A stretch of 64,000 nucleotides of DNA from Chloroflexota bacterium (lineage in GTDB: Bacteria > Chloroflexota > Anaerolineae > UBA1429), in the NCBI GenBank assembly GCA_012729455.1, contig JAAYDC010000006.1, positions 27,782-91,781 on the forward strand. The letters are read 5' to 3'. Below, one piece after another: positions 48,978 through 57,427 of the stretch. The notes beneath the pieces are model-generated. The model was given only the letters and a program-made list of their open reading frames with translations. It did no database searches and had not been told where the DNA came from. Within the stretch, counting starts at the first letter, position 1. Each line of letters begins with the position of its first letter. The translations under genes were made by a program, and so were the position numbers.

Positions 48978-50042
48978 ATGACGCACTATGACGGCGGAGC
49001 TCACCAGCGGCCAGATCGGCCGCCGCACACCGCCTGGGTGTTTGGGATCCTGCTGGCGGCAGCTCTTCTGGCAGCCGGCCAGTTGATCGCCCTGGCGCGC
49101 TCGACCGGTCGATCCGATATAGCCATGCTGGCCGCCACTGGCACCTTTACCTGGCCGACCACGACACCGACGCGATTACCCACGTCCACCGCGACGTCCA
49201 CGGCGACACCCAGTCCGACGGCGCTGCCTCCGGTGGTGCAACTACCCAGCCGTGGGGTAACTGCCATGCCGTTGCCAACTTTGGCGCGTGACGCCTCACC
49301 GGTGATGCCGCGCGAGGGTACGCCCATCGCGACGCGTACCCCACTTCCACCCCTCCCGCCGGTTGAGTCGCAAGAGCCCTACCCTGCCCCCGACGTGGGC
49401 AATGTGCCGGCCGCCACCTTTACGCCGCGGCCGCCTTTGCAGCCATCTGGTTCGGGAGAGCCCTATCCACCGCCGGCATCCGGCGTTACCCACACAGCGG
49501 TGCCGGGGGTGCCGAACAGCACGCCCAGCTCGTCGGCTGAGGTGATCGAGCGCGTGACGGTGAATAACGGCGAATGGGGCGAGCGTGAGATCATTGTGCG
49601 CTATGACGAAACCGCCACCAGCGACGTGATGTATTTCCGTGCCGCCGACGGGGCACAGTACCGCGTGGTATTTGGATTCATCAATACCCCCGAGGCCCTG
49701 GCTGCTGTGCGGACCGCCTGGGCGGAGGCCAAGCGCGGCTCTGCAAACTGGGGCATGGTAATCACGGTGCGCAAGAGCGTCTCGGACTGGTACCAGTGCA
49801 CCGAGAGCATGCCGGTGTGCTATACCTCGCGCATCGATAGCGGCCAGGCGGTCGTATTTGTTGATGTTTATCTGCGTAACGCGGCCTGGCAGTCGCTCCT
49901 GAACGACTATTTGGCCATTGGATTACCAAAACTGATAGAAAACGCCAACTATCCCAAACTGCAGGAAGCTGTGTTTGAGCCGATGGTCGGCTCAGTGCCG
50001 GCTACCAGATGCATCGGGGTGACCTTTACGCGGGTGAACTGA
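48978..50042 (+). CDS. membrane-anchored hypothetical protein with Pro/Thr-rich linker and C-terminal globular domain
   Basis: An AGGAG RBS is present. One TM helix (WVFGILLAAALLAAGQLIAL) is followed by a (T/P/S)-rich stretch of about 150 aa and then a domain of about 170 aa. Confidence 0.5.
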   Translation: MTHYDGGAHQRPDRPPHTAWVFGILLAAALLAAGQLIALARSTGRSDIAMLAATGTFTWPTTTPTRLPTSTATSTATPSPTALPPVVQLPSRGVTAMPLPTLARDASPVMPREGTPIATRTPLPPLPPVESQEPYPAPDVGNVPAATFTPRPPLQPSGSGEPYPPPASGVTHTAVPGVPNSTPSSSAEVIERVTVNNGEWGEREIIVRYDETATSDVMYFRAADGAQYRVVFGFINTPEALAAVRTAWAEAKRGSANWGMVITVRKSVSDWYQCTESMPVCYTSRIDSGQAVVFVDVYLRNAAWQSLLNDYLAIGLPKLIENANYPKLQEAVFEPMVGSVPATRCIGVTFTRVN

Positions 50043-50043
50043 T

Positions 50044-50083
50044 TAAAAAAAGGCCGCTCCCCTGGTCATAATCAGGGGAGCGG
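50044..50083 (-). terminator. bidirectional intrinsic terminator (11-bp stem ccgctcccctg / caggggagcgg), T7 on minus strand
   Basis: The hairpin lies downstream of the B12-rSAM gene on the minus strand and of the hypothetical gene on the plus strand. Confidence 0.7.
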
Positions 50084-50106
50084 TTCGGCTGCACAGCCGC
50101 TACACG

Positions 50107-51600
50107 TCAGGCGGCAAAGCTAGAGCCGAGCACATTCTCGCAGATGCGGCGGAAGTGAAAGCCATAGATAGCATAGGTGATCGCCTGAGCAAAAAGCCTG
50201 GGGCGATGTGTCAGGGTCCACCATACCAGTTTCCAGAATTCCTTGCGTTCTTTGCCCATACCGATCAAAAACACGGCTTTGAAAAAGGCTTTGATATAAG
50301 CCCAACTGAGCGGGAACTTGCTGGTCACGCGCTGCCGGTACTCGCTCAGGAAGGTGTGTACACGCTGGTAATAAGCCTTGGGGGCATAGATGGTCGCCAG
50401 GATACGCTCATAGCCCTTGTGCAGTACCTTGGGATCCATTTTAGGAATAAAGTTAATCGTGGCGTCGACGTTATCGCCCGACGGGTTCATCAAGAGACGT
50501 CCTTCGGATTTCAGGCGCTTGTAGAGCTCGGTGCCGTTGATGGCCTGCAGCAGACCCACCATGGCCGTCACAATCCCCGAACGCTGGATAAAGTCGATCT
50601 GGCGCTGGAAAATCGTCTCGTCGTCGCTATCAAAGCCGACGATAAAACCGCCATCGACCTCAAACCCGTTGCGCTGCAGGGTCTTGACGGATGCGAGCAG
50701 GTCGCGCTCGAGGTTTTGCGCCTTCTGGCACTCGTTCAGGCTATCAGCGTCGGGGGTCTCGATGCCCACAAACACCGAGTTAAAGCCCGCTTCGCTCATC
50801 ATGTCCATCAGTTCCTGGTCATCTACCAGGTTGATGCTCACTTCTGTTTTAAAGGCAACTTCGGGGTGATCTTTGCGCCACTCGATCAGTGCTGGCAGGA
50901 CCTCGTTTTTAAGCTGGCGTTTATTGCCAATAAAGTTATCGTCGACAAAAAAGGCGCCTTTGGTCCAGCCGGCATCGTACAGCGCATCGAGCTCCACAAT
51001 CACCTGGGCAGCCGTCTTGGTGCGCGGACGGTGCCCGAGCATCGAGGTGATGTTGCAGAAATCGCAGGCAAAGGGGCAGCCGCGTGAATATTGCAGGCAC
51101 ATGTCGGAGTATTTATCGAGCTTGGCCAGGTGCCAGAGCGGTACCGGCGTCTTGGTGACATCGGCGAATTCCTTTGTCTCGTAGAGCGGTTTAGGATTCC
51201 CGGCTTTTAGATCCGCCAAAAAGAGCGGCAGGGTGATCTCGCCCTCGTTGAGCACAAAATGGTCAACTTCGGGGAAATCCTGATGCTCGCCTAGAAAAAG
51301 CGGCCCACCCGCCACGACCTTTTTGCCTGCCTGCTTGCAGCGATGGATCAGGGCGCGTACTGAATCGCGCTGCACCACCATGGCGCTTACAAAGCAATAG
51401 TCGGACCATTGCAGGTCGCTCTCGGAGAGCTCTTCGACGTTCAAATCGACCAGGCGCTTTTCCCAGGATTCCGGCAGCAACGCCGCTATAGTCAGCAAGC
51501 CAAGCGGTGGCAAGCTGGCCTTTTTACTGATAAAAGGCAAGGCGTAACGAAAGCTCCAAAAAGTATCCGGATTCTCTGGGTACAGCAGCAAAGCACGCAT
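50107..51600 (-). CDS. B12-binding-domain radical SAM protein with C-terminal DUF4070-like region (class B rSAM)
   Basis: The product has an N-terminal B12-binding domain and the CxxxCxxC motif QYSRGCPFACDFCNIT. It is 497 aa. It is the last gene of the GRE operon. Confidence 0.75.
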   Translation of the reverse strand: MRALLLYPENPDTFWSFRYALPFISKKASLPPLGLLTIAALLPESWEKRLVDLNVEELSESDLQWSDYCFVSAMVVQRDSVRALIHRCKQAGKKVVAGGPLFLGEHQDFPEVDHFVLNEGEITLPLFLADLKAGNPKPLYETKEFADVTKTPVPLWHLAKLDKYSDMCLQYSRGCPFACDFCNITSMLGHRPRTKTAAQVIVELDALYDAGWTKGAFFVDDNFIGNKRQLKNEVLPALIEWRKDHPEVAFKTEVSINLVDDQELMDMMSEAGFNSVFVGIETPDADSLNECQKAQNLERDLLASVKTLQRNGFEVDGGFIVGFDSDDETIFQRQIDFIQRSGIVTAMVGLLQAINGTELYKRLKSEGRLLMNPSGDNVDATINFIPKMDPKVLHKGYERILATIYAPKAYYQRVHTFLSEYRQRVTSKFPLSWAYIKAFFKAVFLIGMGKERKEFWKLVWWTLTHRPRLFAQAITYAIYGFHFRRICENVLGSSFAA

Positions 51601-51699
51601 TTCACAAACTCCCATTTCACTTAAACGAGCTATCTATAAGACACCGAATCCCCCAGGCAGGTTACGCCTGAGGGATTCGAATTGCAGAAATGGGAGTTT
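51601..51699 (-). promoter_or_regulatory. structured intercistronic RNA element that sequesters the rSAM RBS in a perfect 13-bp long-range helix around a nested hairpin
   Basis: On the mRNA, AAACUCCCAUUUC lies directly after the pfk UAA stop. It is complementary to GAAAUGGGAGUUU, which contains the GGGAG Shine–Dalgarno 7 nt upstream of the rSAM AUG. A nested hairpin (cgaatccc-c-caggc-aggttac-gcctg-a-gggattcg, 51645–51679) lies between the two segments. Confidence 0.5.
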
Positions 51700-52986
51700 T
51701 TACTTGCGGTAATCCTGCGGGGTATACACCTCGAGCACCTGACGCACCTGCTGAGCGCCGAGTTCGGCGAAACGCAGCCGGCCATGCTCCAGGATGACCT
51801 CGGGCCAGCCATCACCCAGTAACGGCTGGGCGTAGCGGATAAAGTCATCCGTCACGTCACAATGGTCGCGGTCGATCCATTCCTTTGGAAAGGTGCGTTC
51901 AGAGTTGGCCATCTCGCCCAGCGGCACGCTGGTATAGCGCACCGTATAGGGCGCATCGGATGTGCGCACCAGGCTGGCCATCTTGCCGGATATGTGTTGC
52001 GCAGCCAACCCCGCGGCCTGCTGCCCGACGGCACGCGCCTCCGCCAGGTCGACGGTCGAGGCATACACGATATCGTGGCGCTGCTGCGTGCCAGGGATAT
52101 TGGCGCGCGCCGAGCCGCGCGCTGCCAGCCCTGCCTGGTTGAGATAGTTGACCAGCAGCTGTGCAGCGGTGCTGGCACTCGACGAGAACTGGGTATGCCC
52201 AAAGGCATCCTGACGTTCTCCCAGTGAGCCCAGATCAAGCCCTTCGCTCAGCACCACTATGGCGCGCCCAGCGCGCCGCAGGGTGTCATTGATCAGGTCG
52301 GCGAGCTCGGGCAGCGTATAGCTGCTTTCGGGCAGCAGCAGCAACATCGGTAACTCGCGCTGCGGATCTGCGAGCCGAGCCGCCGCCGGGATAAAGCCAA
52401 TCCGGCGTCCCATGGCTTGCAGCACCAGCACCGGGTCGGCTGGGAACGAACCGCGGTTTTCCTGATCGGCCTGCTGCACCGTCAGCGCCCAGTAGCGCGC
52501 ACAGCTGCCGTAACCGGGCGAGTGATCCAGCAGTTGGAACGCCTGGTCGCCCAGGTCGTTATCGATCGTCTTGGGTACACCCACTGCCACCAGGTCGGGC
52601 CCGCGCTGGTGCGCCAGGTCGGCAATCTTGTTGGCGGTGTCCATCGAGTCGTTACCGCCGATGTAAAACAGATAGCCCACTTCATGGGCTTGCAGCACGG
52701 CAATGACGCGCTCGAAATCCTGCTGGTTGGCCGAGCGTAACTTGTAGCGGCAGGTGCCGATCACCCCGGCAGCCGGCGTGGCTGAAAGCAATTCCACCTC
52801 GCGCGCTAGGGCAGCGCTGAGATCAAGCAGTTCTTCGCGCAGAAGACCCTCGACGCCGTTGGCTGCGGCATATAGCTTGCCAAAGGCGCGGCTGGCACGG
52901 CAACCCTCGATGATGCCGCGCAACGAGGCGTTGATCACCGGCGAGGGCCCGCCCGATTGCGCTACCAGCACATTACGCGCCGCCAT
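51700..52986 (-). CDS. pfk: 6-phosphofructokinase-family sugar-phosphate kinase; PPi-type signature (Asp104/Lys124 equivalents) but GGNDS instead of GGDGS/GGDDS
   Basis: The product contains the motifs [16 protein letters not shown] and [11 protein letters not shown] place the start at [20 protein letters not shown], with an AAGGGGG RBS. The start overlaps the gnd stop. Confidence 0.7.
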   Translation of the reverse strand: MAARNVLVAQSGGPSPVINASLRGIIEGCRASRAFGKLYAAANGVEGLLREELLDLSAALAREVELLSATPAAGVIGTCRYKLRSANQQDFERVIAVLQAHEVGYLFYIGGNDSMDTANKIADLAHQRGPDLVAVGVPKTIDNDLGDQAFQLLDHSPGYGSCARYWALTVQQADQENRGSFPADPVLVLQAMGRRIGFIPAAARLADPQRELPMLLLLPESSYTLPELADLINDTLRRAGRAIVVLSEGLDLGSLGERQDAFGHTQFSSSASTAAQLLVNYLNQAGLAARGSARANIPGTQQRHDIVYASTVDLAEARAVGQQAAGLAAQHISGKMASLVRTSDAPYTVRYTSVPLGEMANSERTFPKEWIDRDHCDVTDDFIRYAQPLLGDGWPEVILEHGRLRFAELGAQQVRQVLEVYTPQDYRK

Positions 52987-54406
52987 CGTGGCTGCCCCCT
53001 TGCAGACCCACCCAATCGGTGTGGAAGGATCCCTCACGGTCGGTGCGGCGGTAGGTGTGCGCGCCAAAGTAATCGCGCTGCGCCTGGGTCATGTTGGCAG
53101 GCAGGCGCTCGCTGCGATAGGCATCGTAATAAGCCAGCGCCGAGCTGAGCGCCAGACAGGGAATACCCAGCCGCACCGCCACCGTGACTACCTCACGCAG
53201 GGCCGGCACGCGCTCGATCATCGCCTGGCGGAAGAAGGGATCCAGCATCAGGTTGGTGAGCTTGGGGTCGCACTTATAGGCCGCGGTAATGTCGTTGAGG
53301 AAACGCGCCCGGATGATGCAGCCGCCACGCCAGATGGCGGCGATGCGCCCATAGTCCAGGTTATAACCAAACTCATCCGAGGCTGCGTGCAGCAGGCTCA
53401 TGCCCTGCGCGTACGAGCAGATCTTGGCCGCGTACAGCGCCGCGCGCACCTGGCTGATCAACGTCTGACGGTCGCCCTCATAGGCAGCTTGCGGACCCGG
53501 CAGCACCTTGCTGGCTGCCACGCGTTCGGCCTTGTATGCCGAGATAATGCGCGATTCGACGGCTGCGTTGATTGTAGGTGTGGGGGCGCCCAGATCCAGG
53601 GCGCTCTGCGAGGTCCACTTGCCAGTGCCTTTTTGCTGGGCTTCGTCGAGGATCACATCCACGAGCGGTACGCCCGTCTCGACATCCGATACAGCCAGGA
53701 TATCGGCGGTGATCTCGATCAGATACGACTGCAGCTCGGCCTGGTTCCACTCGCTGAAAATGCTGTGCAGTTCGGACGCCGAAAGGTTCAGGGCACGATG
53801 CAGGATATCGTACGATTCGGCGATCAGCTGCATATCGCCATACTCAATGCCGTTGTGCACCATTTTGACATAGTGCCCCGCTCCGCGTGGGCCGATGTAG
53901 GTGACACATGGTTCGCCATCCACCTTGGCGGCGATGGACTCAAAGATCTGCTGCACGAGCGGGTAGGCATCGGGCTGGCCGCCAGGCATGATAGCTGGCC
54001 CCCGCAGGGCACCCTCCTCACCGCCCGAGACGCCCGTGCCGATATAGCGCAAGCCGGCCTTTTCGAGCGCGGCGGCGCGCCGTTCGGTATCCTGGTAAAA
54101 CGAGTTGCCGCCGTCGATAATCAGGTCGCCGGGTTCGAGCACCGGCACGAGCTGGTCGATTACCGCATCAACCGGCGCTCCTGCCTTGACCATCAGCATC
54201 ACCCGGCGCGGGCGCTCCAGGGCAGCCGCCAGCTCTTCAAGGGTAGCGCAGCCAGTCAGCTTTTTGCCGGGATGCTCAGCAATAAAATCTTCCGTTACGC
54301 TGGTGGTACGGTTGTATACCGCCACGTGGTAACCGTTGCGCTCCATGTTCAAGACCAGGTTCTGGCCCATTACAGCCAGGCCGATCAAACCGATTTGGCT
54401 TGCCAT
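52973..54406 (-). CDS. gnd: 6-phosphogluconate dehydrogenase (decarboxylating)
   Basis: The 477-aa product has [15 protein letters not shown] and IDGGNS motifs. A TAGGAGG RBS is present. Confidence 0.85.
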   Translation of the reverse strand: MASQIGLIGLAVMGQNLVLNMERNGYHVAVYNRTTSVTEDFIAEHPGKKLTGCATLEELAAALERPRRVMLMVKAGAPVDAVIDQLVPVLEPGDLIIDGGNSFYQDTERRAAALEKAGLRYIGTGVSGGEEGALRGPAIMPGGQPDAYPLVQQIFESIAAKVDGEPCVTYIGPRGAGHYVKMVHNGIEYGDMQLIAESYDILHRALNLSASELHSIFSEWNQAELQSYLIEITADILAVSDVETGVPLVDVILDEAQQKGTGKWTSQSALDLGAPTPTINAAVESRIISAYKAERVAASKVLPGPQAAYEGDRQTLISQVRAALYAAKICSYAQGMSLLHAASDEFGYNLDYGRIAAIWRGGCIIRARFLNDITAAYKCDPKLTNLMLDPFFRQAMIERVPALREVVTVAVRLGIPCLALSSALAYYDAYRSERLPANMTQAQRDYFGAHTYRRTDREGSFHTDWVGLQGGSHDGGA

Positions 54407-54415
54407 AAGTACCTC

Positions 54416-55669
54416 CTAGGAGCCCTTGAGTTTATAAAGCAGTTCGCCGGCGCGAGGTACCACCAGGATACCCTCGTCTTCTTTGCCGGCCAGATCAGCT
54501 GGGTTAAAGCTATTGGGGTCGAGATAACCCAGGTTAATACGCTCACAACGTTCTCGCGGGATGCCCGTCGCCAGCACCACGTTCACGCGCGGATGCTCGA
54601 CGCCATCCGTATAAGTGCCGTCACCCTTTACGTGGCAGGCATGTGCCAGAACCGCCTGCGGCTCGTTGGCCACCTTATCCCAGTTGCTAAGGAAGTAGTC
54701 GCGCACATGGTAGCCCACATGATCGAGCACCTTGCCATGCACGTAGGATACTTCGGTAATATGTGGTGCATAGATCACCACGGTGCCGCCATCCGCCACC
54801 GCCGGCTCGACCTTGTACATGCCCTTGGAGCCGGTCCACAGGTCGTCGTACAGTTTCGGCATCACCGAGATCACCTTGTTAAAGGGTTTATCAACCCACA
54901 CCACGTTCCACAGCGCCGAAAGCTCGGCGGCCTTGGCTTGTGATTCTTCGGGCGTGCCGTAAAAGACGCCCGCAAGGTCATGATGACCTTTGACCACCAG
55001 GCTAAAGCAGCGCCGCTCGGTGGGGATCATGGTGGCAGCCTGATCAAGCATACGGCGCACCGCCGTATGCTGGTTGCCGATTATGGCGTGGCAGGTGATC
55101 AGCGCGGAGAGCCAGTGGGTCTGGTCGATCATGTTGCCGCCACTGATGCCCGGGAAAAAGTACTTGTTGCCGCCCGAAAAGCCGACCACCTCGTGCGGGA
55201 AAACCGGCCCCAGCACGATCAGATAGTCGTAATCCCTGACGCGGGCATTGATCTGCACGTTGATAGGCTCATGCATACGTCCGTCGGAGATCTCGGCCAC
55301 CTGCTCGGCACGGATGGTGCCGATATCCATCAGGCCGTGCTGCCAGTCGTGGTTGTAGATGCCCACTTCGGCATAACGGCCGGCACGCTCTTCGGAGCTA
55401 AAGCCAAAATGGCGCTCCAGCACCTCGCCCGTCATGGGGATGTGCGTGCCTGTGGCGATCAGAAAATCCAGCTTGGACGCCACTCCCAAGAGCTCATCGG
55501 TGATGATGCGAAAACAGAGCGGCAGCGGCAGACTGCGCGTGCCATCCGGCACGATAAAGAGCACCCGCTTGCCCTTTAATGGTGTGGCGGCAAAAGCCTC
55601 GCTAAAGACCTGCCGCACCTCATCATCCGTCAGAAACCGAGCGGTGCAACCTTTGCCAATCACCATCAT
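54416..55669 (-). CDS. LarA-family protein (Ni-dependent 2-hydroxyacid racemase/epimerase homolog, DUF2088), paralog 2
   Basis: The product contains the patterns RVLFIVPDGTRSLP and ATGTHIPMTGE. Its start overlaps the upstream stop in a TAATG arrangement. Confidence 0.65.
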   Translation of the reverse strand: MMVIGKGCTARFLTDDEVRQVFSEAFAATPLKGKRVLFIVPDGTRSLPLPLCFRIITDELLGVASKLDFLIATGTHIPMTGEVLERHFGFSSEERAGRYAEVGIYNHDWQHGLMDIGTIRAEQVAEISDGRMHEPINVQINARVRDYDYLIVLGPVFPHEVVGFSGGNKYFFPGISGGNMIDQTHWLSALITCHAIIGNQHTAVRRMLDQAATMIPTERRCFSLVVKGHHDLAGVFYGTPEESQAKAAELSALWNVVWVDKPFNKVISVMPKLYDDLWTGSKGMYKVEPAVADGGTVVIYAPHITEVSYVHGKVLDHVGYHVRDYFLSNWDKVANEPQAVLAHACHVKGDGTYTDGVEHPRVNVVLATGIPRERCERINLGYLDPNSFNPADLAGKEDEGILVVPRAGELLYKLKGS

Positions 55670-56568
55670 TACCCTGCCTTTCTCCATGGAGGAACCTCGG
55701 GCAAAAGACGTTCAAACTCGCTGACCAACTCGGCCTCATAGCTGCCGGCATAATCGAGTGCCAGAAAGCGCGGCAAACCCTCCTGGTAAAAGCGCTCCCA
55801 CGACTGTTCTTCATGGCCGGGGTTGATGGGAAAAAAGAGGGCCTGGTTATCGCGCGCGGCTTTCAGGTCGCCGGGCGCATCGCCGATCATCAATACATGC
55901 TCGGGTGCGTAACGGCCCTGCGAGCTCAGGCGGATATGTTCAGACTTGGTGCCCATCTCCTGGCCGGCGATCACCCGAACCAGGCCATCCAGGCTGTGTT
56001 CCTGCCATTCGCGGCGCAGCGCCTCGAGAGGCGTCTGCGACACCACAACAATATCGGCGCGCTCGTGCAGGGTGCTGAGTGATTCGCGCACCAGCGGGAA
56101 GGGCGGCACTCCGTGCACCATATCGGCGATGGTGGCGTTGACAGCCTTGCTCCAGGCCAAGGCGCGTTCCAGCTCGATACTGGGGTGCTCGCGAAGATAG
56201 CTGGCCAGAAAGTCGTTGCTGAGCCCACCCCCCTCGGCGATAAAGGCCCTGACATCGGTAAGCGGATGCACCACCGCGTTGCGCGCCTGCACCTCGGGGC
56301 GCTCGCGCAAGAGGTCAAGCACCTTGACCAGCGCCGGCCAGCGATTTACGCCGCGCCACTTGCTGTAGAGGTTGACGAACTCGGCCGCCTCGCGCGCGTA
56401 CTTTGATACGGACTGCAACTCCCAATAGTTGATGATGTTGGGAATAAAGCATTCCTTGTGCTTGATCTCCATAGTATCAAACACGCAGCCATCCGAGTCA
56501 ATCCCCACGAAAAAGGGGTGTTCAGCCTGCAACTCAGTCAGATGGGCAGAAAACTGTGTCAAGCTCAT
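55669..56568 (-). CDS. HAD-superfamily hydrolase (probable phosphatase)
   Basis: The product has HAD motif I (FFVGIDSDGCVFDT) and the C-terminal MIGDAPGDLKAA motif. Confidence 0.6.
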   Translation of the reverse strand: MSLTQFSAHLTELQAEHPFFVGIDSDGCVFDTMEIKHKECFIPNIINYWELQSVSKYAREAAEFVNLYSKWRGVNRWPALVKVLDLLRERPEVQARNAVVHPLTDVRAFIAEGGGLSNDFLASYLREHPSIELERALAWSKAVNATIADMVHGVPPFPLVRESLSTLHERADIVVVSQTPLEALRREWQEHSLDGLVRVIAGQEMGTKSEHIRLSSQGRYAPEHVLMIGDAPGDLKAARDNQALFFPINPGHEEQSWERFYQEGLPRFLALDYAGSYEAELVSEFERLLPEVPPWRKAG

Positions 56569-56583
56569 GCATGCCCCCTTGTG

Positions 56584-57417
56584 CTATACACCGCTGAACG
56601 CCGCAAAGCCGCCATCCACTACTGTGGTAGTGCCGTGCACAAAGGCGGATCCGGGCGCAAGCAGCCAGAATATGGTGCTGAGCAGCTCCTGCGGATCGCC
56701 CAGACGGTGCATGGGGGTATGCCCGACCACCGACTGCCCGCGCGCTGTAAGCTCGCCAGTGCCTTCGACGGTCATCAGGTAGCGGTTCTGCTCGGTAAGA
56801 TAAAAACCGGGGGCAATGGCGTTAACGCGGATGCGCGGCGAATAGTTATGCGAGATGTGCACCGCCAGCCATTCGGTAAAGTTGCGCACGGCTGCCTTGG
56901 CAGCTGAATAAGCCGGGATGTTGGTGAGGGGTTTGATGGCGTTAATCGAGGCGATGTTGATAATCGAGCCCTCGCCGCGTTCGGCCATATGCTTGCCAAA
57001 AACCTGACAGCAAATCAAGGCCGTTTTAAAGTTGAGATCAAAGACGCTCATAAAGGTGTCGAGCGGCAGATCGAAAAAGGGCAGCTCCGCGCTGGTAGTG
57101 GCTTCTTTGCGGTTGCCGCCGGCACCGTTAATCAGCGCATCGACGCAGCCATAAGCCTCAAGGGCGCGCGCAAGGGCTGCCTCGACATTGGCTTTATCCA
57201 GACAGTTGACCTCGAGTGCCATGGCCTGGCCGCCTGCCTGGGTAATGCGATCGACGACTGCCTGCGCCTTGGCTGGGTTATAGTCCATCACCAGGATACG
57301 TGCGCCTGCTCTGGCAAGCGCGTCAGCCATGGCACCGCACAGGATGCCTCCTCCGCCGGTGATGGCAATCACTTTGTCTTGTACTGAAAACAACTCGGCC
57401 AGATAGTCATTTGACAT
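56584..57417 (-). CDS. SDR-family oxidoreductase (gluconate 5-dehydrogenase/KduD-like)
   Basis: The product has the TGGGGILCGAMA Rossmann motif and the YSAAKAAV catalytic motif. An AGGAG RBS is present. Confidence 0.8.
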   Translation of the reverse strand: MSNDYLAELFSVQDKVIAITGGGGILCGAMADALARAGARILVMDYNPAKAQAVVDRITQAGGQAMALEVNCLDKANVEAALARALEAYGCVDALINGAGGNRKEATTSAELPFFDLPLDTFMSVFDLNFKTALICCQVFGKHMAERGEGSIINIASINAIKPLTNIPAYSAAKAAVRNFTEWLAVHISHNYSPRIRVNAIAPGFYLTEQNRYLMTVEGTGELTARGQSVVGHTPMHRLGDPQELLSTIFWLLAPGSAFVHGTTTVVDGGFAAFSGV

Positions 57418-57427
57418 GCGAGTACTC

